Shown here: positions 40,195 to 49,086 of the stretch, one piece after another
Numbering within the stretch: position 1 is the first letter of the stretch
Layout: each line of letters begins with the position of its first letter
Assembly: GCA_021850485.1 (NCBI GenBank)
Contig: JAJZLY010000025.1
Location: forward strand, 114,249 to 178,248
Source: Bacillota bacterium
GTDB lineage: Bacteria > Bacillota > Sulfobacillia > JAJZYS01 > JAJZLH01
DNA length: 64,000 nt
Direction of reading: 5' to 3'
Notes under the pieces: generated by a model
Seen by the model: the letters and a program-made list of their open reading frames with translations, nothing else
What the model was told of the DNA's origin: nothing
Databases searched by the model: none
Program-made: the position numbers and the translations under genes

Positions 40195-41142
40195 TCAGAT
40201 CCTCACCCCCCACAGCAAGGTTCCGAGGATGCCGGCAACGACTCCTGCCGTCCAAAAGCGCTGCAGCACCCGTGGCTCACTCCAGCCGCCTAACTCAAAG
40301 TGATGGTGCAGCGGGCTCATCCGAAAGATGCGCCGGCCAGTCGTCCGAAAGGAGATCACCTGCAAGATCACCGACAGCGTTTCGGCAACGAAGACGGCAG
40401 CCACCAGCGGCAACAAGATTTCCCAGCCAGTGGCCACGGCCAGCCCGGCGATGGCGCCGCCGATCCCAAAGGCACCGGTGTCCCCCATCATCACCCGGGC
40501 CGGGTGTCGGTTATAGACGAAAAATCCGATCAGTGCGCCCAGCAATGCCAACGCGATGGCAGCAGAGGCACCGTTGTTGAGTGCCAGGGCGGCAATCGCA
40601 AAAAAAATCAAGATCGGCATCGACACACCAGCGGCCAGGCCGTCCACGCCATCGGTCAAATTGGCTCCGTTGGCCGTCGCTGCCACCACCAGGTCGACCA
40701 CGATCACAAAAAGCCACAAGGGGGCATGCCAGATACCCCCGCCCAGCGGCACACGAATCACCCTGCTGGCCGACCCCAGGGTCAGCGCAAAGGCTGTGGC
40801 CACTACCAGCCCGGCTACGACCTTTCCCCGCGCCCGCAGACCAAGGGGCTGCCGGCGGTGCACCTTGACCCAGTCGTCGACCAGACCAATTCCAGCCATC
40901 GCCAAGGTAAGTCCGAGGACCGCTAAGCCATCGCCGCTGACCGCTCCAGAGGCTAGGGCAGCCAGGACGGCCGCGATCACAAACACCACGCCGCCCATGG
41001 TCGGCGTACCTGCCTTGACCTGATGGCTGATCGGCCCGTCCACGCGCACCGTCTGGCGCGCTGTCCACGGCTGGCGAATCCACCAGGCACAGCCACCAAG
41101 ACTGAGCGCCAGCGCCAGGAGTCCTCCAAGCCAGCTAGTCAT
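40195..41142 (-). CDS. mraY: Phospho-N-acetylmuramoyl-pentapeptide transferase
   Basis: KAGTPTMGG, NLTDGVDGLA, GDTGAFGIGG and PLHHHFEL motifs. Confidence 0.95.
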   Translation of the reverse strand: MTSWLGGLLALALSLGGCAWWIRQPWTARQTVRVDGPISHQVKAGTPTMGGVVFVIAAVLAALASGAVSGDGLAVLGLTLAMAGIGLVDDWVKVHRRQPLGLRARGKVVAGLVVATAFALTLGSASRVIRVPLGGGIWHAPLWLFVIVVDLVVAATANGANLTDGVDGLAAGVSMPILIFFAIAALALNNGASAAIALALLGALIGFFVYNRHPARVMMGDTGAFGIGGAIAGLAVATGWEILLPLVAAVFVAETLSVILQVISFRTTGRRIFRMSPLHHHFELGGWSEPRVLQRFWTAGVVAGILGTLLWGVRI

Positions 41143-42493
41143 CGGTCAACACCGCTTGCATCAGACCGTCCAGCCCGACAGCTCGAGAGGCCTTGACCAA
41201 GACAGCGTCTCCGGGCTTGATCCAGCGGCGGCAGATCTCCTCAGCTTCGCGGCGATCCGATGCCACCAGAGTGTCGGCTGGGCTGAACCCAGCTTCAAGC
41301 GCACCGGCCGCAATCGCACGGCCGCCGTCTCCTACTGCGATGAGTCGGTCCACGCACTGGGCTGCAATCCGTCCCACATCCTGATGCAGGCGGGGGCCGT
41401 GCTGCCCCAGCTCTCGCATGTCACCTAAGACGGCGATGCGGCGGTGGCCGCTCACCGCACCGAGCAACCGAAGTGCGGCCTCCATCGACTGCGGCGAGGC
41501 GTTGTAGCTGTCATCGATCACCAACACGCCAGATCGGTCCCAGATGTAAATCCTGCAAGCCGCCGGATCCAAGCTCTGCAGAGCAGCGGCCACTTGCTCC
41601 AGGCCGACGCCGAACTGGACGGCGCCAGCAGCTGCCAGGGCCAGTGCCTCCAAGGCACCAGGTCCAGGCCAAGCCAAGTCCGCTTCGACCATGGAGCCAA
41701 ATCCGGCCAATCGCACCCGCCAACCCAAGAGGCCGCGGTCCTCAAGCACCGTAAGTCGGAGATCAGCCTGCTCTCCTTGTCCCGCCCGTAAAACTGAACC
41801 GGGAGCGGCCAGCGCAAGATAGTCAGCCCACGGATCGTCGGCATTGAAGATGGCGATGCCGGTCCTCGCCAAGCCTCCCAAGATCTCCGCCTTGGCCCTG
41901 GCGATCGCTTCTACAGAACCGAGTCGGCCGATGTGACTGACGCCGATCCGGGTGATGATCGCCAGATCCGGTGAGAAGGCCTTGACCAGTGCGGCAATCT
42001 CTCCGGGCAGGCGCATGGCCATCTCGACCACAGCCACCTCTTGGTCGGGATCCAGCGCCACCACCGCGATCGGCAAGCCAACATCGCTGTTCAAGTTGCC
42101 GGCGGTGGCGAATGTGGTGAAGGTCGAAGCCAGCAGATGGGCGAGCAGGTCCTTGGTCGTGGTCTTGCCCACCGATCCGGTGATCGCCACCACCCGCCCC
42201 GTAAACCGGCGGCGTTGACCGCTCAGAATCTGGAACAGGGCGCGGCGCGTATCTGGCACTTGGATACGCGGCTGCCAATCACCGGGCTCGTCGACCAAGA
42301 CGGCGCCAGCTCCACTGTCCAGGGCCATCTGGGCATAGCGATGGCCATTATCGTGGTCACCGCGCACGGCGGCAAACAAACTGCCAGGGGCGCAGCGGCG
42401 GGAGTCGGCGGTGGCCACCTGAAAGACGTGGCCGGCGGGCAACCCGGTCGCCACGCCGCCGGTGTCGGCGAGCAGATCAGTCAGTTTAATCAT
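41135..42493 (-). CDS. murF: UDP-N-acetylmuramoyl-tripeptide--D-alanyl-D-alanine ligase
   Basis: DSRR..PGSLFAAVRG..DNGHRY and ITGSVGKTTTKD P-loop, DDSYNASP motif. The N-terminal pattern is MurF-type, not MurD-type. Confidence 0.9.
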   Translation of the reverse strand: MIKLTDLLADTGGVATGLPAGHVFQVATADSRRCAPGSLFAAVRGDHDNGHRYAQMALDSGAGAVLVDEPGDWQPRIQVPDTRRALFQILSGQRRRFTGRVVAITGSVGKTTTKDLLAHLLASTFTTFATAGNLNSDVGLPIAVVALDPDQEVAVVEMAMRLPGEIAALVKAFSPDLAIITRIGVSHIGRLGSVEAIARAKAEILGGLARTGIAIFNADDPWADYLALAAPGSVLRAGQGEQADLRLTVLEDRGLLGWRVRLAGFGSMVEADLAWPGPGALEALALAAAGAVQFGVGLEQVAAALQSLDPAACRIYIWDRSGVLVIDDSYNASPQSMEAALRLLGAVSGHRRIAVLGDMRELGQHGPRLHQDVGRIAAQCVDRLIAVGDGGRAIAAGALEAGFSPADTLVASDRREAEEICRRWIKPGDAVLVKASRAVGLDGLMQAVLTDD

Positions 42494-43932
42494 GGCCGCG
42501 CTAGCAGCTCGCTCGCCACCAGGCGATCATCAAAGGGCATCTCCTGGTCGCCGATCACCTGGACGGCCTCGTGGCCCTTGCCGGCGATCAGCACGATGTC
42601 GCCGGCTCGGGCAGCGCCCAGGGCGTAGGCAATGGCCTGGCGCCGGTCCGGAATGACGCGAAACGGACCATGACCCCGACGGGCCCCGGACTCCATTTCG
42701 GCCAGGATGCCGAGCGGATCTTCAGTGCGTGGATTGTCAGACGTGAGTACGGCCAGGTCGGACTGTCTGGTCGCCATCTCGCCCATCACGGGTCGCTTGC
42801 CTGCGTCCCGGTCCCCGCCACAGCCGACGACCACGATCACACGCCCCCTGGTCACTTCCCGAGCGGCGGCCAGAGCCTTCTCCAGCCCGTCAGGGGTGTG
42901 TGCGTAGTCCACCACCACTGCAAAGGGCTGGGTGCCCGGCACCCGTTCGAAGCGTCCCGGGACTGCTGTCAGTTGCGGCACCACACCGACCAGCTGTTCT
43001 GGGTCGAATCCCAAGCTGATCAGCACGGTCAGACTTGCCAGCAAGTTGGCCACGTTGAAGCGGCCGATCAGGGGGCTCTCCACCGCCAGCCGCAGGGAGG
43101 GACCGGTCAACTCGAAGCGGCTCCCCTGCTCGGCCAAGCTGACATGACTGGCCCGAAAGTCGGCCGCTCCAGAAGAGACGCCGTAGGTCACCACCGTGCC
43201 CTTGGTTCTCCGACCCATCTTCTCATGCGCCGGGTCATCGGCGTTGAGGATCGCTAGGCCCGCCGCCTCCAGGGACTCAAATAACTTGGCCTTGGCATCG
43301 CCATAGGCCTCCATGGTGCGATGGTAATCCAAGTGATCTCGGGTCAGGTTGGTGAAGATCGCCGCGCGGTAGCGCAACCCACTCACCCGGCCCAAAGCCA
43401 GTGCGTGTGAGGACACCTCCATGGCCGCCCAATCCAGCTGGTTTCGCACCATCTCGTGCAGGTAGCGGCACACGTCGGAGGCCTCCGGCGTGGTCCGCTC
43501 TTCCTTAAGGCGGCGGTGGCCAGTGTCCACCCAGACGGTGCCGATCAGGCCGCACGGGTGGCCGATCAATTTCAGCAGTTCAGCGACCAAGAAGGCTACC
43601 GTCGACTTGCCGTTGGTGCCGGTCACCCCAATCAATTCGAGCTGGCGAGAGGGATCTTGGTAGACCCGTCTCGCAATCTCTGGAAGCACAGCGCGGGCGT
43701 CTGGAACGATCAGTTGCGGCACTGTCAGTTGCGGCTGTGCGCGTTCGGTCACCACGGCCGCGGCGCCACTTCGAACCGCCGCCACGATGAATTGGCTTCC
43801 GTCAAAGTGCGCACCGCTTACCGCCACAAACAAATCGCCGGCCTGGCAACGCCGGGAATCGTGGGTGACGCCGGCAATGACAAGGTCGTCTCCGACCAGG
43901 GTCCCCAGGTCTGTCAGATCCACAAGGTGCAC
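42490..43932 (-). CDS. murE: UDP-N-acetylmuramoyl-L-alanyl-D-glutamate--2,6-diaminopimelate ligase
   Basis: THDSRRCQAGDLFVAV, GVTGTNGKSTV, and the DNPR motif (TSDNPRTEDP) typical of DAP-adding MurE. Confidence 0.9.
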   Translation of the reverse strand: MHLVDLTDLGTLVGDDLVIAGVTHDSRRCQAGDLFVAVSGAHFDGSQFIVAAVRSGAAAVVTERAQPQLTVPQLIVPDARAVLPEIARRVYQDPSRQLELIGVTGTNGKSTVAFLVAELLKLIGHPCGLIGTVWVDTGHRRLKEERTTPEASDVCRYLHEMVRNQLDWAAMEVSSHALALGRVSGLRYRAAIFTNLTRDHLDYHRTMEAYGDAKAKLFESLEAAGLAILNADDPAHEKMGRRTKGTVVTYGVSSGAADFRASHVSLAEQGSRFELTGPSLRLAVESPLIGRFNVANLLASLTVLISLGFDPEQLVGVVPQLTAVPGRFERVPGTQPFAVVVDYAHTPDGLEKALAAAREVTRGRVIVVVGCGGDRDAGKRPVMGEMATRQSDLAVLTSDNPRTEDPLGILAEMESGARRGHGPFRVIPDRRQAIAYALGAARAGDIVLIAGKGHEAVQVIGDQEMPFDDRLVASELLARP

Positions 43933-44025
43933 GTTGTGACCTCCACAGGCGGGTATGGAACGCCAGCGCGGGGCTCGGCCCCCACCCGTATCATACCCGG
44001 GCAGCCCGTTACGGTCAGGGGGGGG

Positions 44026-44460
44026 CTACCACATCACCAGGGCGTTGGCAAAGGCACCCTCAATGGTGTCCAAGCCGGACTTCCAGACGGTGGTCGCGGC
44101 CGTAGTCGGCGCCGTGGCCGCATGGCCCGTACCACTCAATACCAAGACTGTTGCGGGATTGCCGAGGTGCTGTGCCGTCGCATACGCGGCCAAGGTGGCC
44201 GGATTCGTCATCGCCGAAAGTTGGGTCTCCAGTCCCTGATGTTGTGCGGTCAACACCTGGGATTGGGCCTGCAGAGCATCAATCTGATAGCCGATCACCG
44301 ATGCCCGCGCAAAGCCTCCTGCAGTCCACAAGGCGGCTGCCGTCAGGACACCCCAGGTCAGCGCGATGCGCAGCCATGCGGCGCGGGGTGCGGGGCGGGC
44401 AACGACATGCTCTTCTTGCGCCTGGAGCAGGGATCGGGAAAGCTTCTCGACTGGCATCAT
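44026..44460 (-). CDS. ftsL: FtsL-like cell division membrane protein
   Basis: 144 aa, single TM followed by a short coiled coil (YQIDALQAQSQVLTAQHQGLETQL). Canonical position after rsmH. Confidence 0.6.
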   Translation of the reverse strand: MMPVEKLSRSLLQAQEEHVVARPAPRAAWLRIALTWGVLTAAALWTAGGFARASVIGYQIDALQAQSQVLTAQHQGLETQLSAMTNPATLAAYATAQHLGNPATVLVLSGTGHAATAPTTAATTVWKSGLDTIEGAFANALVMW

Positions 44461-44503
44461 CGGCCCTCACCCACCCTTAGCGATTCGGCCACCTTAATGA
44501 CGA

Positions 44504-45391
44504 TCACTGTACCCGCTCCACCGCTCGCAACTTGGCGCTGCGGGCTCTTCGGTTGCGGCCGACCTCTTCCTCAGTCGCCCGCAAAGGCTTGCTGGTCAGC
44601 CGGTGGAATGTTGGCGCCATGAACGCTTGCTTGACCGGTCGATCCTCTAGGGAATGGAATGCCAAGACCGTCGCACGACCACCAAGTTTAAGCACGTTCG
44701 GGATAGTTGACAAAAGACCTTCTAGCTCTGCTAACTCCTGGTTCACTGCGATCCGCAGTGCCTGAAATGTCCGCCTGGCCGGATGCGTCGATCCCCGACG
44801 CGCTTCCGGCGGAACCGCGCGGCGAATTATGGACGTTAACTCGGCGGTGGTCGTCACAGGGCCCAACCGTCGAGTCCTGACGATCTCCCGAGCGATTCGG
44901 CGGGCATAGCGCTCTTCACCATATGTTGCCATTATGTCTTCCAGTTCACGTTCGCTGAGCCGCGCAATCAGCTGAGCCGCCGTCTCCCCGTCTGTGGGGT
45001 CCATGCGCATGTCCAGTTCTACCTCGGCAGAATAGGAAAATCCGCGACTGTCATCGTCCAACTGGGCTGATGACACACCGAGATCGGCGAGCAGGAGGTC
45101 GACCTCCAAAACGCCGTCGGCGGCCAAAAACCGCTCCAAATCGCTGAACCGGCCATGGTGCAGGGCAAATGGCACGTTCGTCTCAGACAGCCGTCGTGCA
45201 GCCGCTTCAATCGCCCAGGGGTCGCGGTCAATGCCGATCACCCGGCCGTTTGGCCCGATCCTTTCAGCCACCTCCACGGCATGACCCCCACCCCCGATCG
45301 TAACGTCCACGTACGTCATGCCAGGCTCTGGATCGAGCGCCGAGAGAACTTCGTCCAACATCACGGGCGTGTGCGACAGCGTGGTCATCAT
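44504..45391 (-). CDS. rsmH: 16S rRNA m4C1402 methyltransferase RsmH
   Basis: HTPVMLDEVL, DVTIGGGGH, DLGVSSAQLD and FHSLEDR motifs. Confidence 0.95.
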   Translation of the reverse strand: MMTTLSHTPVMLDEVLSALDPEPGMTYVDVTIGGGGHAVEVAERIGPNGRVIGIDRDPWAIEAAARRLSETNVPFALHHGRFSDLERFLAADGVLEVDLLLADLGVSSAQLDDDSRGFSYSAEVELDMRMDPTDGETAAQLIARLSERELEDIMATYGEERYARRIAREIVRTRRLGPVTTTAELTSIIRRAVPPEARRGSTHPARRTFQALRIAVNQELAELEGLLSTIPNVLKLGGRATVLAFHSLEDRPVKQAFMAPTFHRLTSKPLRATEEEVGRNRRARSAKLRAVERVQ

Positions 45392-45855
45392 AAGGCTCCC
45401 ACCTCGGACAGGTTCTTGGCCATCTGCTCTGGCTCCATGCCGTCTGTCTTAAGGTAGGCGCTCCAGGTCTCCTCGGACCAGATCTCGACACGGTCACCGA
45501 CTCCGAGCACAATGGCCCCTTTTGTCAGATGCGCATGGCCGCGCAACGGCGGTGACAGGAGCACCCTCCCCTGGCGGTCTGGCTCCATTTCCTCGGCTCC
45601 ACCGAGAAAGAATCTAGAGAAGTGCCTGGCATCCGGGTTGGCGAATGACATGTCACGCAGTTTGTGCTCAATGTCCTCCCATGCCTCAACACCGTAGACA
45701 AATAAGCAGCCATCCAAACCCTTCGTAACGATAAATCTCGCGCCCAGCGACTGGCGGAAGCGAGTCGGAATGAAGAGGCGGCCCTTGTCGTCCAGCGCGT
45801 GGCGGAACTCGCCAGTGAACACCCCTCCACCACCCTTCCCCACTTCACCCCACAT
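45388..45855 (-). CDS. mraZ: Transcriptional regulator MraZ
   Basis: FTGEFRHALDDKGRLFIP and a second DRQGRVLLSPPLR repeat (duplicated SpoVT/AbrB-like units). Start uncertain (ATG 45855 or GTG 45822). Confidence 0.85.
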   Translation of the reverse strand: MWGEVGKGGGGVFTGEFRHALDDKGRLFIPTRFRQSLGARFIVTKGLDGCLFVYGVEAWEDIEHKLRDMSFANPDARHFSRFFLGGAEEMEPDRQGRVLLSPPLRGHAHLTKGAIVLGVGDRVEIWSEETWSAYLKTDGMEPEQMAKNLSEVGAL

Positions 45856-45954
45856 TTGTTCTGTATCCTATCACGCCTTCCTCCCAATTGCCGCATCTTC
45901 CCCAGAATTTTTGCGCCTTGACCACCATCAAACCCGGACCTACACTTGCGCCAT

Positions 45955-46030
45955 GGGGGCGTAGCTCAGTCGGGAGAGCGATTGGTTCGCAATCAATAGG
46001 TCGGGGGTTCGATTCCCCCCGCCTCCACCA
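45955..46030 (+). tRNA. tRNA-Ala (anticodon CGC), CCA encoded
   Basis: Manual cloverleaf: acceptor GGGGGCG/CGCCTCC with the G3:U70 alanine identity pair. D arm GCTC-AGTCGGGA-GAGC. Anticodon arm ATTGG-TTCGCAA-TCAAT. T arm GGGGG-TTCGATT-CCCCC. Discriminator A, then CCA. Confidence 0.9.
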
Positions 46031-46038
46031 CATTGAAA

Positions 46039-46062
46039 GCCGCCCGCTGCAATAGCGGGCGG
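46039..46062 (+). terminator. Stem-loop immediately after the tRNA
   Basis: GCCGCCCGCT-gcaat-AGCGGGCGG followed by atccgcgtctttc. A tRNA terminator and/or part of the attachment region. Confidence 0.45.
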
Positions 46063-46098
46063 ATCCGCGTCTTTCAGAGAATTTGGTGCATGGACGCA

Positions 46099-46122
46099 GT
46101 TGGCGCGAAGAGTTGGCGCGAA
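46099..46122 (+). repeat. Perfect tandem duplication AGTTGGCGCGAA x2 abutting the integrase stop codon
   Basis: Read directly: cAGTTGGCGCGAAgAGTTGGCGCGAAtca. The repeats occupy 46099-46110 and 46111-46122. Confidence 0.8.
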
Positions 46123-47304
46123 TCAGGGTAGCGGCCGCCGGCCAGGTGCACTCTCCAACAGCTGGTCAAACAGTCCCATCGCCTGTCTCTTGGTCGGTCC
46201 TAACACATGGACGTAGGTTCGGGCCGTGAAGGCGGGGCTTTCGTGGCCCAGGATCGTCGACAGCGTGGTGATGTCCATGCCTGCAAGGAGGGCGAGGCTG
46301 GCGAAGGTGTGCCTGAGAGCATGCACCCCGCCCTGCTTCAGTCCAACCTCTGCCAAGGCCACGTACCATGCTCGGAGGACGTTCCGTTGCCCCATCCATC
46401 CGCCGGCCTCACTGGGGAACACCAGGCCCATCGAGTTCCAGCCCTTACCCCGCATCTGTGCCTCTACCGCCTGAGTCGCTCTATGGTTTCTCAGGATGGT
46501 AGCCGCCTCACCGCTCAGCGGGATCTCCCTGACTCCGCGGGCGGTCTTGGGACGGGTTTCCATCTTCCGGCCGCCGACCTCTACGATCTGCCGCGAGACG
46601 AAGAGCACTCCCTTGTCGAGATCGAGATCACTCCACCGCAGGGCCACCGCTTCGCCAATCCTGAGCCCGCTCCGCCACAACACCGCCAGCAAGGGGCCGA
46701 CCCTGAATCGAGAGTCTGCGACGTCGAGACGGCGAACTTCGTCCAAGGTGTACGACGCGATGACTTTGGAACGTGAAACAGGCCCTCGCACCAGATCCAC
46801 GGGGCTACCAGCCAGGAGTCCGTCCCGAACCGCCTCGTGTAGACATACCCGAAGGATTGAACGGCAGTAAGAAACGGTCCGGTCGGCCAGCCGCCCACCG
46901 CGCGCGCTGGGTTTCGCCGCCAGGGCGGACAACCAGTCCGCTATCTGGGCTCTCGTCAGTTTGGAGAGCGGTGTGGCCCCGAGCGCCGGCAGAATGTGCA
47001 GCCTGGCCATCCTGGCGTAGCTGTCCTTGGTTTTCTCGCTCCACCGTGGAGCAGTTCGCTTCATCCAGGCGTCCAGATACTCGCCGACGGTGATCGCACC
47101 GGGCCGCACAACCCGCATCGGAGACGAGGTGATCTCTGCCTGTCTCCGGGCCCACTCGATCTCGGCCGATCGCCTGGTACCAACGAACGTGTGACTTTCT
47201 CGCGGCCGAGATCCGTCAGCCTGAAGAGGAAGTTGCCAGGTCAGTTTCCAGCGCGAGCACTTACTGGGCGGCTGCCCTTTGAAGGGCCTTGGGCGGATAT
47301 TCAT
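46123..47304 (-). CDS. int: Tyrosine recombinase / phage-type integrase
   Basis: 393 aa with SAM-like N-domain and a catalytic domain containing GLRIGEAVAL (Arg), HALRHTFASL (HxxR) and HESPAFTARTYVH (His...Tyr). Confidence 0.9.
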   Translation of the reverse strand: MNIRPRPFKGQPPSKCSRWKLTWQLPLQADGSRPRESHTFVGTRRSAEIEWARRQAEITSSPMRVVRPGAITVGEYLDAWMKRTAPRWSEKTKDSYARMARLHILPALGATPLSKLTRAQIADWLSALAAKPSARGGRLADRTVSYCRSILRVCLHEAVRDGLLAGSPVDLVRGPVSRSKVIASYTLDEVRRLDVADSRFRVGPLLAVLWRSGLRIGEAVALRWSDLDLDKGVLFVSRQIVEVGGRKMETRPKTARGVREIPLSGEAATILRNHRATQAVEAQMRGKGWNSMGLVFPSEAGGWMGQRNVLRAWYVALAEVGLKQGGVHALRHTFASLALLAGMDITTLSTILGHESPAFTARTYVHVLGPTKRQAMGLFDQLLESAPGRRPLP

Positions 47305-47310
47305 GGCCGC

Positions 47311-47502
47311 CTAATCACGGAGGCCGACGTTGTGCTCGTGCCTGGCCAGAGGGCGGCCGTCCAACCAGGACCTGAGGGCCCGGCTACTCACCCTGACCAA
47401 TCGAGGGGACACCCTCCTTGCCGGGAGCTCGCTTGAGGCCACCAAGCGCTGGACTGTCGTCAAGGACAGATGCAGTTGCTCAGCCACTTCAGGCAGCGTC
47501 AT
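47311..47502 (-). CDS. xis: Excisionase-type (MerR-like) HTH DNA-binding protein
   Basis: MTLPEVAEQLHLSLTTVQRLVASSELPARRV matches the excisionase-family HTH. The longer ORF form runs through the 47613-47658 hairpin, so the short start is preferred. Confidence 0.65.
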   Translation of the reverse strand: MTLPEVAEQLHLSLTTVQRLVASSELPARRVSPRLVRVSSRALRSWLDGRPLARHEHNVGLRD

Positions 47503-47612
47503 CCACCTGTCACCAGCTCTTGGCATCCCCACAACCCCCGTCAATGGAATCGCGCCTAATCGGTCACTTCTAAAAAGTCCTGCTGAACTCGTGCGGCGGG
47601 AACGATTTACAG

Positions 47613-47658
47613 CAAGAGAGAAGGGCCGTCCGGACAACCGGACGGCCCTTCTCTCTTG
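47613..47658. terminator. 21-bp perfect inverted repeat (bidirectional terminator-like hairpin)
   Basis: CAAGAGAGAAGGGCCGTCCGG-acaa-CCGGACGGCCCTTCTCTCTTG, located 147 nt after the stop of the 47805-48587 gene. Confidence 0.7.
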
Positions 47659-47804
47659 TGCCACGCCTGGTACTCAGCGCCCCCCCGTCTTCCTTCCTGG
47701 CAGCCGCACCGCATCTCGTGTGAAGCCGCCGCATACGGCGGCGCCCATCACCATCCGGCCCCAGTGCTTTGCGTTGAGCGGCGGCCGCCGGGATCGTATG
47801 AGAT

Positions 47805-48587
47805 CTACTGCCTCTCTACGGCCCCGAATGCCTGGGCCTCCCGAATGGCCGCTGAGAGGTTCGTGGCTCGCCGCGTCCGATGGAGGGCCTTCCTGGCCTC
47901 GCGTTCCCATCTAGTGAGCAGAGCGGTCTGCGCCTCCCGCCCTAGCAGGTTCGCCGCCTCCACCTCTCGGCGGGTCACCCGCTCAGGGTGGGCCTCACAA
48001 AACTGCTGGAGGGTGAGGTTCTCGCACAGCGCCTGAGGCAGGTCGAGCGGCAGGGGCACGATCCGCTGGCAGTCCAGGCTCGGATCAAGGCCCAGTGGAG
48101 CTGGTAGCAGTCCTCGCACGGCGCGTCGGAGACGGAGGCTGGTCAGTCCGGGGTGGTTCTCCATCACCTCCGCCTCGGCTGCCCACAGGTCGGCGGCCGT
48201 TATCTGACCGCCGTCGACTCCCCCGCATCTGGCCAGTGCTGCGCTGTATTCCAGCCTCAGCGTGTCCGCGTCGTCCGGTTGCTGTTCCGCCTCGGGCTCC
48301 GCCGCAATCGTGATCTGGTTCAGCTTGGCCAGGAGCACGAGTACCTTGGCAAAAGGGGATCCTAGTTCCAGGGCGATCCGTCGGGCCTCGGCCCGCAGGA
48401 CCTCTCGTCGGTCCTCACCAGGCTGCAGCCAGTAGATCGTCGAGGGACCCACCAGGAACGCACGGTATTTGTCCCGAGCCGACTGTGCCACCTCGAGGGC
48501 GACATCGCACACCGTGCCGTCGGCAAACCTCGCGGTCCATGTCGTCGGTTGGTCGGTTTCCTGGTGCTGTGTTGACAAAATAAGCAC
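47805..48587 (-). CDS. Hypothetical protein (260 aa), element-borne
   Basis: Long ORF with plausible composition between the repressor-like gene and xis. No motif recognised. Confidence 0.5.
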   Translation of the reverse strand: MLILSTQHQETDQPTTWTARFADGTVCDVALEVAQSARDKYRAFLVGPSTIYWLQPGEDRREVLRAEARRIALELGSPFAKVLVLLAKLNQITIAAEPEAEQQPDDADTLRLEYSAALARCGGVDGGQITAADLWAAEAEVMENHPGLTSLRLRRAVRGLLPAPLGLDPSLDCQRIVPLPLDLPQALCENLTLQQFCEAHPERVTRREVEAANLLGREAQTALLTRWEREARKALHRTRRATNLSAAIREAQAFGAVERQ

Positions 48588-48686
48588 CCCTCAGATCACG
48601 CTTGGGCCGCACTCGGAGCACTGCATGGCCTGCTGAGTTCCCGCCGGCGCCAAGCCTCGCGCTGGCGGTCTGGAGTCAGGCTGTCC

Positions 48687-49010
48687 TCAGCCGACGGTCA
48701 CCTCCTCCGAGCGACTCTTCGGAACGCGCGCGTTGTGGCGGCCCGTCTGGTGCGGTACGCTCCCTGCAAGACGGATCGTGTTCGACACACCGTCCCTAGT
48801 TTGGTGTGCATCCCGAATGGGGAAGGCTGCCTCGAGTTGGGCGAAGGGGAGGTCGAACAGAGCGGCCATGCGGTGTATCACCCTTCGGGACGGGTTCCGC
48901 TCCCCCGACTCGATCTTCTTGATGTGTAAAGCGGAGATGCCCAGGCACGACGCCAGAGCCTCACGCGTTAGGCCTGCTCTCTGCCGTAGGTCCCGTAGCA
49001 CTTGAGCCAC
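48687..49010 (-). CDS. XRE family HTH regulator (cI-like)
   Basis: LRQRAGLTREALASCLGISALHIKKIESGERNPS is a classic HTH_3/XRE motif. Divergent from a second XRE gene. Confidence 0.8.
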   Translation of the reverse strand: MAQVLRDLRQRAGLTREALASCLGISALHIKKIESGERNPSRRVIHRMAALFDLPFAQLEAAFPIRDAHQTRDGVSNTIRLAGSVPHQTGRHNARVPKSRSEEVTVG

Positions 49011-49086
49011 TTTGTAGCCCCCTGTATAGGTACCCCTTGTTTCGAACGCCCTCTTTTGTACCCATTGTGCAGGAGGTGATCCTTGG

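Noticed and set aside
47948-47964. GGTTCG + CCGCCTCCACC, an 11-nt exact match (with adjacent 6-mer) to the tRNA-Ala 3' end, as a possible attR
   Set aside because: It lies inside a continuous 260-aa ORF and lacks the intervening ATTCCCC. It would define an implausibly small 1.9-kb element. A chance match in GC-rich sequence cannot be excluded without a statistical scan, so it is worth including if att sites are searched systematically.
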